Source: Ruditapes philippinarum
Lineage: Eukaryota
Length of the DNA stretch: 64,000 nt
Assembly (NCBI RefSeq): GCF_026571515.1
Contig: NW_026860350.1
Span: 124,001 to 188,000 of the forward strand
Direction of reading: 5' to 3'
Shown: positions 24,805 to 37,280 of the stretch, in pieces
Layout of the letters: each line of letters opens with the position of its first letter
Position numbering within the stretch: position 1 is the first letter of the stretch
Notes under the pieces: model-generated
What the model saw: the letters and a program-made list of their open reading frames with translations, nothing else
What the model was told of the DNA's origin: nothing
Databases searched by the model: none
Position numbers and translations under genes: made by a program

Positions 24805-27800
24805 ATTTTTCCTTAGTCAAATCCAAATTAATATCCGTTCTCTTAAATATCTATAATCCTTTGTATTGTTTTAGTTATAAATTTTAACCATTATCTCTCT
24901 AGACTGTTACTAAACTGTTATTCATTCTGGACTTGTGTGAGGTGATGTATAACTTATTTTAGCATGATTGAAACATGAGATGCCTGTTCACAATAGTTTT
25001 ACCCTATCTCACTGCTTACATGATACAATTGCTATGTAAAAAATATAGAAATACTGAAGTTCATTTATTCCATTGAATATCTGAAAACTATAGAGAAGCT
25101 TGCCTGGATTAGATAAAGGAAAATTACTATCCGATATCGATTAAATTGAATAATTAAGATTAATTTGTGCTAAGAAGCCAAGTTTGTGATGATATATAAT
25201 TACAAAACAAAAACTTGAAAAAAGCAATTAAGATCAAGACTTAATGAATACCTGGGTATTTCCAAATATTTCCAGTCAATTTAATTCCATGAAACAGATA
25301 ACTTGTATTTTATCTGGTTAACAACAACAGTTGAAATGAAGTCATTATGCTGTTACCCTAAAAATTCCTGCAGTAATCAGGTGGTCTTTACTTCTTATCT
25401 CCAAAAAAATCTTGATCACTCTCACGCATTATAGCATTATACATTTAAAAATAGCAAAATGTACGATGATGAATAGTTTTGAGTGAAAACAAATTTTGCA
25501 TCCAATATGTCAATATAGAAATCTTTACTGGATGCCTGTACAAAGTGGCGTCAGAAATAAATCCGAGAAATCCTGAAAATCTTAGATAGGTGTGTATGTA
25601 TTTTAATACATAGGAAATGTCAGTAAATTTGTTGCAAGGGGGGAAGCCGTATCTATCTATCAATTTTTTTTCGGTGAAGGAACAAGATTGGAAGCCGTCC
25701 AGCAATATTTCAGTGTATTGAGTGAAAAGCAATATTTATTTGTAGACAAACTGTGCTGCCTTTTGAAACTGTATAGATTGATATAAGAATTATTGGTTAT
25801 TAAAATGTAACGCTAGGAATTAATGATGCTGTATGGTCATACATATATATCTTATAAAGATGTTCTATATATTTATATGAGGGGAAGAAATGATGTTAAT
25901 TTGTTCTAAATTAGCTAGAAATGTTAAAAAGATATCTTATTTCAGTAAAGATTCATTAGAAAAAAAGAAGAAAGAAAAAACGCTAAAAATGTTTTCAACT
26001 TTTGTCAAAGTGAACATGGTGAAAAAAGATCACTTGAAATATAGAAATGTATACAGTAAATGCTGTAATTGGCTGTATTTTTATTGAGGCAGACGAAAAT
26101 ATGCTGTTGCTTTTTATTAATACCTCCTATATATATTTCAGTTTGGGAATCATTTATGTTCTACCCCCACATGCTTACTGTATGAACCACAAGAATATTT
26201 AATTTGTAAACTATCTGACTTCAACTAAACAACTTGAAAATTTGATGTTACAGTGGCCATTTTACATTACATGCTATTTATATCAATGTCAAATTAAATA
26301 AAAAATGAATGTCATAGTATAAATGTAGCAGCAGATAAGAATGGGAACTTCCTAGTACATTCTAATCATATCAAAACATACTCCTCTATATGTATCATAT
26401 CATAGGTAGGTTAGGATGAGTTAAAGCAGATATATTGACAAGCATAAATCTTTAGTAAAATCATGAGTCAGCAATGTAAGTTCTTTTACAACATGATCAG
26501 GAGTTCTTTGTTTGTTTTGGAGCCAGATTTTCATGTGACAGTTGTTCTTGTTCTATATATAAATGAGTTGTGCAGTGTTTGATGACTGAGTAAAAAATTG
26601 CATATTTTGTCTTAGCATGTAGCAGAAAAAAAAACTGAGCAAGATATTTTATGAACTAAATTGTCAGTGCAAAATGATGCAAAATATTTTATTTTCAATT
26701 TAGAATCGTCATAGAAAAAACATTGTGCTTAGTTAATTTTCGATAAGACATAAAATGAATAAAAAGTTAACCTACCGGCTGGAAAACAAAATTTAATAGA
26801 ATTTGCCATTATTTTAGAGCCATGCAAGCAGTCTGACCTGGTGCTATGACTGTTGGCTGACTAGCTTCAAATTTTCATTTCAATATTCCCAAAGTTGATA
26901 ATGGACAGTTCCTAAAATGGAAGCTGGGCAACTCCATTGTGCAGATTCAACAGGTTAAAGGTCAATAATTCAACTTACTGGATGTAATTCAAGTATTTTG
27001 ATAATTAAATTTACAGGATAAATCTGTTCCAAATATAAGGTAGAGAGAGCATCAGGATAAATTTAACCAATTTGGAATTGTTCACATTAAAACTGAGGGT
27101 TTTAATTATGTAAGGTCCCCAGGCACGTATTAATTTTCTTTAAATTAAACAGATTCTAATTGTATGACAAAATAAGATGATGGTTACTAAGAGAGTTATA
27201 TAGAAAGTTTATGGTAGGGCTTCCATGTTTTTCAATTAGTATAAAAAGTTTGAAGAGCAAGATTGACAGTAGATAAGACCAGGAAACATTTTGTGAGGAA
27301 GAAAATTGTTAAACAGCTGTGAAGTATTACAGCAGTGTTGATGAAGAAATATTTATTGTTTTACCAAACAGTTTCTTTGTTTTCAGATTTAGCTTTCATT
27401 TTATACCTTGTACCTTAATTTAGCTCTTTGCTAATATTTTTATATGATTATCAACAATGATCTAGAGCTATATAGAGATTTTACACTGATACTGACTGTT
27501 ACCAGGGAATTTTTGCATGTTAGAATTTGCACAGTTTCCTCTACTTCTTGCTGTAAAATGTTGGACTGGAAATAGACAGCAATTCTTGATTAAGCAAAAC
27601 AAAATTTTCTAGCGATATGGATTAACTGTGATCAGACAAGAAAAAGGTCTATTGTTCAAAAGGAGACAGTTGTCTAGTTTACTCTATTATTTACTTGGCA
27701 CTGGATTATATTGACCTTTCATTTTCTTACATTCATATATCAGAAGTCTGCACTAACTTCAATGTTATGTCTTAATTTGGTAGGTTTGTAGTCAGGTTGA

Positions 27801-28439
27801 CGGAATTAGGGTATCATAAAAAGGGGGAGGTTGACGGGACAGCTGCAACTACCTGACTGCTGTCTATGGAATGATTTGATGTTTTATAACATAGCAATGT
27901 TTCTGACTTCTATCAAGTTTGCCAGAACGTTTCCCAATGAAATAACTTGTACATGGGTACCTAACTGGGCTGTTCATAGCTTGTTAGGAAGACCATAATG
28001 TTGGCTGCCATACATATACTTAGTGTAAAAAAACCCAGAGATGAATGAATAGATAATACTAGTTTAATGCCCAATGACCTGTAAATACATAATTATGTAA
28101 CATTTATAAACATGACAATGGCCTGAAACTGTTAGTGCCTTGACATGATTTCTTACTGATTTTACCAGTTTTAGGACTTCTTCACTTAGGGCAATTAATG
28201 CAATTCCAAGAAATGCCTTCCTCCCTTCACAAACAATTTGTCCAATAAAAAGTAATCACTCAGTTGATAGCCACTTAAAACTTAATTGACCCAATAACAT
28301 TTTACAACAAAAAATATCAATAAACATAAAATTAACTGTAAGATTACACACCAGGGAAGTCATTAGAAGGTATTTAAAAGATATTTTTTCTTCCTTTTTA
28401 ACTTATTTTCTATGTCATTAATGTAAGCTGTGCCACATA

Positions 28440-28615
28440 TCTGATGATAATCATTATGTTGATAATTCATCATAACATTGATAATTAATCATTGTATTGA
28501 TAATTAATCATTGTATTGATAATTCATCATTGCATTGATAATTCATCATTATATTGATAATTCATCTCTGCATTGATAATTCTTCATTATAACATTGATA
28601 ATTCATCATAACTGA
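28440..28615. repeat. ~19-20-bp degenerate tandem repeat (TTGATAATTCATCATT...)
   Basis: Recurring ttgataatt. Confidence 0.75.
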
Positions 28616-29191
28616 TATTTCTTAAACTTCTTTAGACATATTGATGTAATTATTTTGAAATTTGGATTGAAGGATTTCACCAATCATCTGATAAAATCTC
28701 AATGTCTATAATGCACAGCTTTAGTGCAACACTGTTTTATCTGAATCTTATAGTTGTGTGAGTTATGAGGGTATGGCGTGGAAGCCTGCGATCTTAGATC
28801 TTGTCAAGATGTATTTATATTTCACCTCTAAATCCAATTATAGATTGATTCTGGAACTCTTGGTTTTATCTTTAATCTCAATATAAACACACTTTCCTCT
28901 GAATTGAAAGTTCGGGGAAAACAACTGCTTATTAACAGCATGTCTGTTACTTTCTAGTGATGTTGGTTTATATATGTGATATAAATGACTAGATTTTGAT
29001 AGACAGTAATCTAAAACAAAAATGATGGGATGGTTGATGGGGTGGGGTAAGGGGAGTAAAATTTTTAATTTTTGTTAATGAGTATTGTTTGAAAATACGA
29101 TAGAAGAAAAATTATTCATCCAAAGATAAGCCTGTTTAAAGATTATAGTTTGTATGTCACTGATTTGATCCCCAGCATTTCAATACGGAAG

Positions 29192-31492
29192 TGTTTGTAT
29201 AAGTATAGTTAGGACAGGTCAGTTTGTGTGAGTATAGTTAGGACAGGTCAGTTTGTGTGAGTATAGATAGGACAGGTCAGTTTGTATGAGTATATTAAAG
29301 ACAGGTCAGTTTGTGTGAGTATAGTAAGGACAGATCAGTTTGTTTGAGTATATTAAAGACAGGTCAGTTTGTGTGAGTATAGTAAGGACAGATCAGTTTG
29401 TTTGAGTACAGTTAGAACAGGTCAGTTTGTAAAAAGGTCAAGTCACTGTCATTTTGTATAAGTATAAGTTAGGACAGGACAGTTTAAGTATATTTAGGAC
29501 AAGTTAGTTTGTATGAGTATAGTTAGGAACAAGTCAGTTTGTATAAGTATAGTTAGGAACAGGTCAGTTTGTATGAGTTTAGTTAGGACAGGTCAGTTTG
29601 TATGAGTATAGTAAGACAGGTCAGTTTGTGTGAGTATAGTAAGGAACAGGTCAGTTTTATTGAAGTGAGTATAGAGTTAGGACAGGTCAGTTTGTTTGAG
29701 TATAGTAAGGACAGGTCAGTTTGTGTGAGTATAGTAAGGACAGATCAGTTTGTGTGAGTATAGTAAGGACAGGTCAGTTTGTAAAAAGGTCAAGTCACTG
29801 TCAGTTTGTATAAGTATAGTTAGGACAGGACAGTTTAAGTATATTTAGGACAAGTTAGTTTGTATGAGTATAGTTAGGACAGGTCAGTTGGTATAAGTAT
29901 ATTTAGGACAGGTCAGCTTGTATGAGTATAGTTAGGACAGGTCAGTTTGTATGAGTATAGTTAGGACAGGTCAGTTTGTATGAGTATAGTTAGGACAGGT
30001 CAGTTTGTATGAGTATAGTTAGGACAGGTCAGTTTGTATGAGTATAGTTAGGACAGGTCAGTTTGTGTGAGTATAGTTAGGACAGGTCAGTTTGTGTGAG
30101 TATAGATAGGACAGGTCAGTTTGTATGAGTATATTAAAGACAGGTCAGTTTGTGTGAGTATAGTAAGGACAGATCAGTTTGTTTGAGTACAGTTAGAACA
30201 GGTCAGTTTGTAAAAAGGTCAAGTCACTGTCATTTTGTATAAGTATAGTTAGGACAGGACAGTTTAAGTATATTTAGGACAAGTTAGTTTGTATGAGTAT
30301 AGTTAGGACAAGTCAGTTTGTATAAGTATAGTTAGGACAGGTCCCAGTTTGTATGAGTATAGTAAGGACAGGTCAGTTTGTGTGAGTATAGTATAGATAG
30401 GACAGGTCAGTTTGTTGAGTATATTAAATACAGGTCAGTTTGTATGAGTATAGTAAGGACAGGACAGTTTGTATGAGTATTGTTAGGACAGGTCAGTTTT
30501 GTATGAGTATAGTAAGGACAGGTCAGTTTGTATGAGTATAGTTAGGACAGGTCAGTTTGTATGAGTATTGTTTAGGACAGGTCAGTTTGTATGAGTATTG
30601 TTAGGATAGGTCAGTTTGTATGAGTATTGTTAGGACAGGACAGTTTGTATGAGTATAGTAAGGACAGGACAGTTTGTATGAGTATTGTTAGGACAGGACA
30701 GTTTGTATGAGTATTGTTAGGACAGGTCAGTTGTATGAGTATAGTTAGGACAGGTCAGTTTGTATGAAGTATAGTAAGGACAGGACAGTTTGTATGAGTA
30801 TTGTTAGGACAGGACAGTTTGTATGAGTATTGTTAGGACAGGTCAGTTTGTATGAGTATAGTTAGGACATGTCAGTTTGTATAAGTATAGTAAGGACAGG
30901 ACAGTTTGTATGAGTATTGTTAGGACAGGACAGTTTGTATGAGTATTGTTAGGACAGGTCAGTTTGTATGAGTATAGTTAAGGACAGGACAGTTTGTATG
31001 AGTATTGTTAGGACAGGACAGTTTGTATGAGTATTGTTAGGACAGGACAGTTTGTATGAGTATTGTTAGGACAGGTCAGTTTGTATGAGTATTGTTAGGA
31101 CAGGTCAGTTTGTATGAGTATAGTAAGGACAGGACAGTTTGTATGAGTATTGTTAGGACAGGACAGTTTGTATGAGTATTGTTAGGACAGGTCAGTTTGT
31201 ATGAGTATAGTTAGGACAGGTCAGTTTGTATGAGTATAGTTAGGACAGGTCAGTTTGTATGAGTATAGTTAGAACAGGTCAGTTTGTATAAGTATAGTTA
31301 GGACAGGTCAGTTTGTATAAGTATAGTTATGACAGGTCAGTTTGTATAAGTATAGTTAGGACAGGTCAGTTTGTATAAGTATAGTTAGGACAGGTCAGTT
31401 TGTATAAGTATAGTTAGAACAGGTCAGTTGGTATAAGTATAGTTAGAACAGGTCTGTTTGTATAAGTTTAGTTAGGACAGGTCAGTTTGTGT
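29192..31492. repeat. 29-bp minisatellite (GAGTATAGTTAGGACAGGTCAGTTTGTAT)
   Basis: About 75-80 units; variant blocks repeat at higher order. Confidence 0.97.
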
Positions 31493-32483
31493 ATCATTAT
31501 TAATGTCATGTCATTTGTTGCCTTTGGAATATATCAATGAAACAGTGAAAGTTTTCATGGTGTAATCATACTGTTACAGTTTTCCTTAAATAAAAAGAAT
31601 GTTTGACAATAACAACAAGCATCTACCATTTCTGCTTTGTAAGGTTGAGTTGACAGTACAGTTTATGTGACGATTGGATAAGAAAATGTTTGGTGACTTT
31701 GCAACATTTGGAAAAAAAAACCAACATACATGTATTTTCAAATTATATGTTAAAAAGTAAGTTCTCTTACAAGTCCAGAATGAATGAATTCTTTTAACAA
31801 TCATTTTATAAATTCTTTAAGTTATGCAATATTAACACATGAGGTACTTCATCAGCATTAAGTTAACAAATTTTAGATGCATTATATAAATGTTTACCTT
31901 TGGAATAGATCAAAACCATTAAGTTCCCAGCAACACTTAATTTCTGTACTTAACAAGCAATTAAATGCAAATAAAATGTTCACACATTTGATAGAAATAT
32001 TACCTGTAACTAAATAATCCACTGCACTAGTCTTATAGTAACTAGTAAAAAAAAAAGAGAGAGAAAATGTAGAAATACACAAATGTTTCTTATCTTTTGC
32101 ACAACTTTTTACTCCTTTAATAGTTTTTTTTTGCAGAATATATCAGTAAAATTCCTTACACATTTAACAGTCTTGTTTAAGTCCAGTTTAAGAGAAGTAT
32201 TTCCAAAAAAAAGCACCAGTAGTGTAACCGTAGATATTCACAAGATCAGCATTATTTGTTGCGGAACACAAAACATGATATAATTTATTGTTACACCATT
32301 TCCTTTTTGTACGAGAGAGTAAGTTCTTGAGACCAGTGACAAGCAATATTTTTATTATATTTTTCTTCTCGTAACAAAAAAAAGAAAAGAAGTAATTTGG
32401 GTATCCTGCGAGACACGCCAAATTTGGTTGAATTGGATTAGAAAAGGAAAGAGCATGAATAATTGAGTGAATTTATAGCGTAC

Positions 32484-32540
32484 CTGCGTCAATAATTCCG
32501 GAGACTTGTAGCGGTAGGGAAGGTGGTGTAAGAAACACAT
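32484..32540 (-). CDS. Candidate alternative first coding exon (MCFLHHLPYRYKSPELLTQ)
   Basis: caaATG start; CAG|gtacgc donor, phase 0; CpG-rich surroundings. Confidence 0.5.
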
Positions 32541-33549
32541 TTGGATTAATAATTTAAGGCTGTTGTCATTAAACTTGTTAATAAGTCAGCATGTCACCTA
32601 TATTGTTTGATTAATCATATTGTCTTTATATTGTTGCCATTTCTATTTATGCCCATTTCTCTTTTAGAGGGAAGTGGCATTTGTAGAGTGGAATGTTGAG
32701 TTGTTTCATATAGTTCTGATTGCTGTCTACTAGAAAACCAGCAATTTTTTAATAAGTCTCTACTATTTTTCTCTAGCAGTCTCATCTTATATAATCCAAT
32801 TATGATAGTGTTGTTGCAGAGCATATCAGATATAGTTGATACTCCAGGGGGAGGGGACACAGCTAGGGTACATTTTCCAATTTTAGAAAACTCCAGGGGG
32901 AGGGGACGTAGAGCACAGGGTACATTTCCCAATTTTAGGAGTGGGGGGGGGGGAACATTTTGAATTGGTTTGACCTTTACATAATATTGTTACAAACAAT
33001 TTCAGTAATTTAGCAAGGCACAGTTTTCAAATTTTTGAAGACAGATGGCCTATGATAAAAAATTTCTGCAGCATTGTTGGATTCAGGAATTGCAGTTGTA
33101 GACAAAAGTTCTGTAGATTTTGGGCTTAATACAGTGGCCAAATCTTTGCTCCTTTATAACTAATGACAAGGTCTTATACTGCTGCCACTGTCAGGACAAA
33201 TCCTTGAAAATCTAAAGTAAGGCTGCTTCTTTCAAAATTGAAAATTTATTGTCTTAATAAAGTCCTAGTGATTGTTTTCAAGTATATTATTAAAACTGCG
33301 TGTCTGGTTTGTATAGATGTCTTCTGTCTATCCAATAAGCAATTACGCTGCGAGGCATTGCTTCAAACGTCTCCATCTTCATTACTTGTGAGTATACACA
33401 CAGAGAAATGTAATCAATTCTCAAAATCAGTAATTGATTGTAATTTAAATTCAACCTTGCCGTTTTCTTACTGAAGATATTGTCTGTGTATTATACAACA
33501 CAGGATTTAAGATGGATTCTATTGAATACAAATATTTTTTTAAACATTT

Positions 33550-34270
33550 GGGAGCATACCATAAATGTTCCCTTGTCAGTTTTATGTTACTTGGTAGACA
33601 AATTGCCCATGGCCAGAGGATCAACCCTTTTCAGGTCATGAGGTCAAAGGTCAAGGTTAGAGTGACACCATGTTAAGTTGTTGAAAGAGAGAAATAAGAC
33701 TGAGTTTATAAAACATGGTAATGACATTAACTATTGTGAGTTGATGACCTCTATTAATTTTAAGGTCATTAGTCACAATGACACTTTGTGTTAAGTCCTT
33801 GTCCAATAAATCACTTGAGAAGTTATAAGCCCAATTTTTTAAGAAATTCATTACAGATATTGTCCATGGCCATCAGATAACCCCTAGTGTTATTTAGGTC
33901 ATAAGGTCAAAGGTCAGTGACACTTCTTTATGCAAAGTTTTTGTCCAAAATCCTTGTTCAATCAATACCTTAATAAGCCAAAGATTGTGAGACATGGTAG
34001 GTTCCTTTCCCTGATGGCTTTAAGGTGACCTCTAGAGATTTTTAGGCCATTAGGTCAAAGGTCAAGGTTAGAATGACACTGTGCGTAATACCCTTAATAT
34101 ATCAATAGCTTGTGAAGAAATAGAACTTGAAATACTGTTATTACTTACTAAAACAATGTATAACACTTGACCTATGGGTATATTTTTGTATAGTTGCATA
34201 CTGTCTTGACTGATACTTGTCTGGTAACCAAGTTCTTCTTATTAAGCGCCAGTCTTGAAGACAATTTATA
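33550..34270 (+). mobile_element. Decayed Helentron/satellite-type element remnant
   Basis: Periodic aggtcaaaggtca(aggt) motifs at about 33641, 33904 and 34051, with similar flanking sequence. Confidence 0.5.
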
Positions 34271-36911
34271 CAAATATTTTTATTCTGCAACATATGTGCA
34301 TCTTAAGTTTTTATATTTGTTTATGACATTGTTGTTAAATGTCATTAATTTATGACAATTGTTGTCTACATATTGTATAACATAACAAGGATATCTCTGA
34401 TTGTTTCCAAATTCTTCAATATACCTGGCTTAATGCTAACAATACCAGGTAAAATATCAGTCTATAATCTAAACCAGTGTTACAAGGTTCTAGTGCTAGA
34501 TATTCCTGTTTCCAGGTAGTTTAATATGTGTTTATTATAGTCAGTTTTAAATTGTTTTTTCCCTTTTTTTACATTTGGGGATCCTTTAATTTTTTGGTTG
34601 ATTTGCAATAGAAACCCCAAATTTCCATGTTTGACCTTTTATTAATTCAGACATTTAATTTTCAGCAAGAAAAAATTTTTAAAGGGTTTTTAGTTTATGT
34701 AAAACTTTTAATTTTAACAAATAATTTATTAAATTGTTTAAAAATTTAGGAAATTTCGGTGTGAAAGAAATATTTCCTTCTTTTATTTTAAACATTGTCC
34801 TTATACAAAAAACCAAATTTCCTTAATTTAAAATTATTATTTTAAAAAGGGAAATTTAATTGCTCATTGTGCAATAATGTGCCAAAAAAACAAACTGCAT
34901 TGCAGTTACCTTTAGACCAACTTATATTTTAAAGGATGGGCCATAGTCTGTGTTAATAACACATTACCACAGTTACAGAAATATTTCTTTAACTAGCGTG
35001 CATACTTGTTATTGAAAGATTTATTACAAGGTGTGGAAGTGCAGTTGAGAGAGTTCACAAAATAAATTTTTAAATGTTTAGTCTGGAATTGCTGATGAAA
35101 GTTTGTAAGATAGATGTCAACTTTTCTTACATTGTGCCTGTTGTTAAGCTATAATATTGTAGTGTGTTTGTTTTGTAATAGCTGCTCTCTCTCTGTTTAT
35201 TTAATGTCTGCACAATTCATTTATCTTGATTATCCTGAAAACCCGTTACTAATTGAAAATTGGATTATTCCATTTTGCTAATGGTTCTTGTCGAATAAAT
35301 TTTGTTTATTTTTGTACAGTTTGAAAGATTTGAGTGTTACTTAAAACCCATAAAGAAGTTGCCATTACTCGTAGAAGATTTCAAGTGTATCCTGTCCTAT
35401 ATTTGTTTGAAAGAACTTAATTTATGTTCAACTAAGTGTTTAGAAAATGCAAAGAAGAGATAGTCTGTATGTAAAAGCTTGTGGGAATCCTAAAAAAGGT
35501 TTATTGGTTTTAAAGACCCAATTTTTTTTTCCCTTTTCAAATTTTTGCTGAATTAAAAGTAATGTTTCATCACCCAAATTCATACAAAAAAAACCCCCAA
35601 ATTATAGATCCCTCCTTTTTCCTTTTATTTTTTAAAACAATGATTTAACTGCAAATATTGACTTGTGTTCTTTTGATGGCGAAATTCGTATTGTAATCCT
35701 TTAATCTGATAATCCAAAGACATGTAGGATCTATGTATCTCAAGAATTGAGTTTATTCCACAATGCAGATTTATTGTCTGAATTTTTGATCAAGAGAAAA
35801 ATTAAACCCATCACAACATAAGATGCGTAGAGACTTGTTTATTTTCATAAATTTTTGTTCATGTTGCAATATAATCATAATGATATGATGAATGCTGTCA
35901 TATGAAAATATGCTGGTTGAGTGGATGATGTATTTTTATTGCACTGAAGCTTGGTACAGTCTGGTAAAAATGCGTATTGTAGAATGTTCTCTTTTTTTGT
36001 CAGAAGCCTGAATAACTTTAGAATGTTTTATTTGTGTACTCAGTACAGTTCATACTTGGGAACTTTTTTCAATGATCTAGTGGGAGATTTTTCTTCATTT
36101 TAGAATTTGCAATAAGCAAAGAAGGAAGTTCTGTCATCAAAAAAGAGGGAGATTTCTTTAATTTGTGAAAATACCCCTTATTTTAAGAAAAATCTTTGAA
36201 TATATGGCCGCTTAAAGTGGGAGAGTTCACATGAAAACAGTTATTAGAAACAGAAATTTGCATGGAACTGAGATTTGTGCATAAATTGTCAAATTTACAG
36301 CTTGAAAAAAAAAAAGATAAAAAAGAGGTATCATTTCGGTGGTGTTGTGGTGTATTAAAATACTGTTTTGGTGATGATAGTGATGGCAATAATAGTTTTG
36401 TCATGTCCATTGTCCTGATGATGATGACTGATAATTGTGATGATTATAATCATGTTAGTATGACAACAAACATCCCTGACTTATTTCTGTGTTAGAAATT
36501 CCTCTTCTTCATCTTTATTGGTTCTTATGTAACTGACAGAGAATCTTTCTGTCTGTGTGATGAAAGAAGACTGTTAAAAGTTATATACCTTTGAAGACAG
36601 GAAATATAATTTTATTACTGGTTTTCTATATCCTCAGATAAATGAAATGTTAAAGGTCAGTGTGATTATTGCAGGGCAAGTGTGTGAAGTAAAAAAAAAC
36701 AAGTAAATCAATGCTTGTTTTTCTATTGCTTTTTATACCACACTGTTCTGGCATTGTAAAAGTGATGTATCAACTTCCCAGCTTAAATACTGGTGGAGCA
36801 ATTCCACAGATGCTCCTTGTAAAATTATGTCAGTCATGAACTGGCACCACCTAGGATAAGGTAGTGGTATAGAAAATGAGATATATAAACTTTATGATTG
36901 TATAATTTCAG

Positions 36912-36993
36912 ATAAAGATGTTGAGTGACAAGATAAATGGTAAACCACGAGGTTATGCTTTCATAGAGTATGAACATGAGAGGGACATGCACT
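36912..36993 (+). CDS. SNRNP70: U1-70K RRM exon with RNP1 ([27 protein letters not shown])
   Basis: tttcag acceptor and T|gtaagt donor; phase 0/1. RNP1 motif RGYAFIEY; equivalent to human exon 7. Confidence 0.98.
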
Positions 36994-37144
36994 GTAAGTA
37001 TATATATCATCATACTGTACTGTTCTCTCACTGGCAGTACGGATGTTTCTTATATGGTTCTTTATGGTTACTATCCTTACAGAGGGATATTTCCTTTTCT
37101 TTTTTAAAAAAAAACGTCATTACTATATTAGATTGTCAATAAGA

Positions 37145-37280
37145 TTTTATATGATTATGATAATAATGATGATAATAATGATAATAATAATAAGATTTTT
37201 ACGATGATAATCATAATAATCCATAATGATAATGATAATAGTAATAGTAATGATAATAATGATGATGATGGTAATATAAT
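37145..37280. repeat. (AAT/GAT)n microsatellite
   Basis: Trinucleotide low-complexity run. Confidence 0.85.

Noticed and set aside
29192-31492. CRISPR-like appearance of the tandem arrays
   Set aside because: There are no unique spacers or cas genes, and the DNA is eukaryotic intron.
34550-34860. Homopolymer-rich stretches (also about 35490-35640 and 39480-39700)
   Set aside because: They look like low-quality long-read consensus rather than biology.
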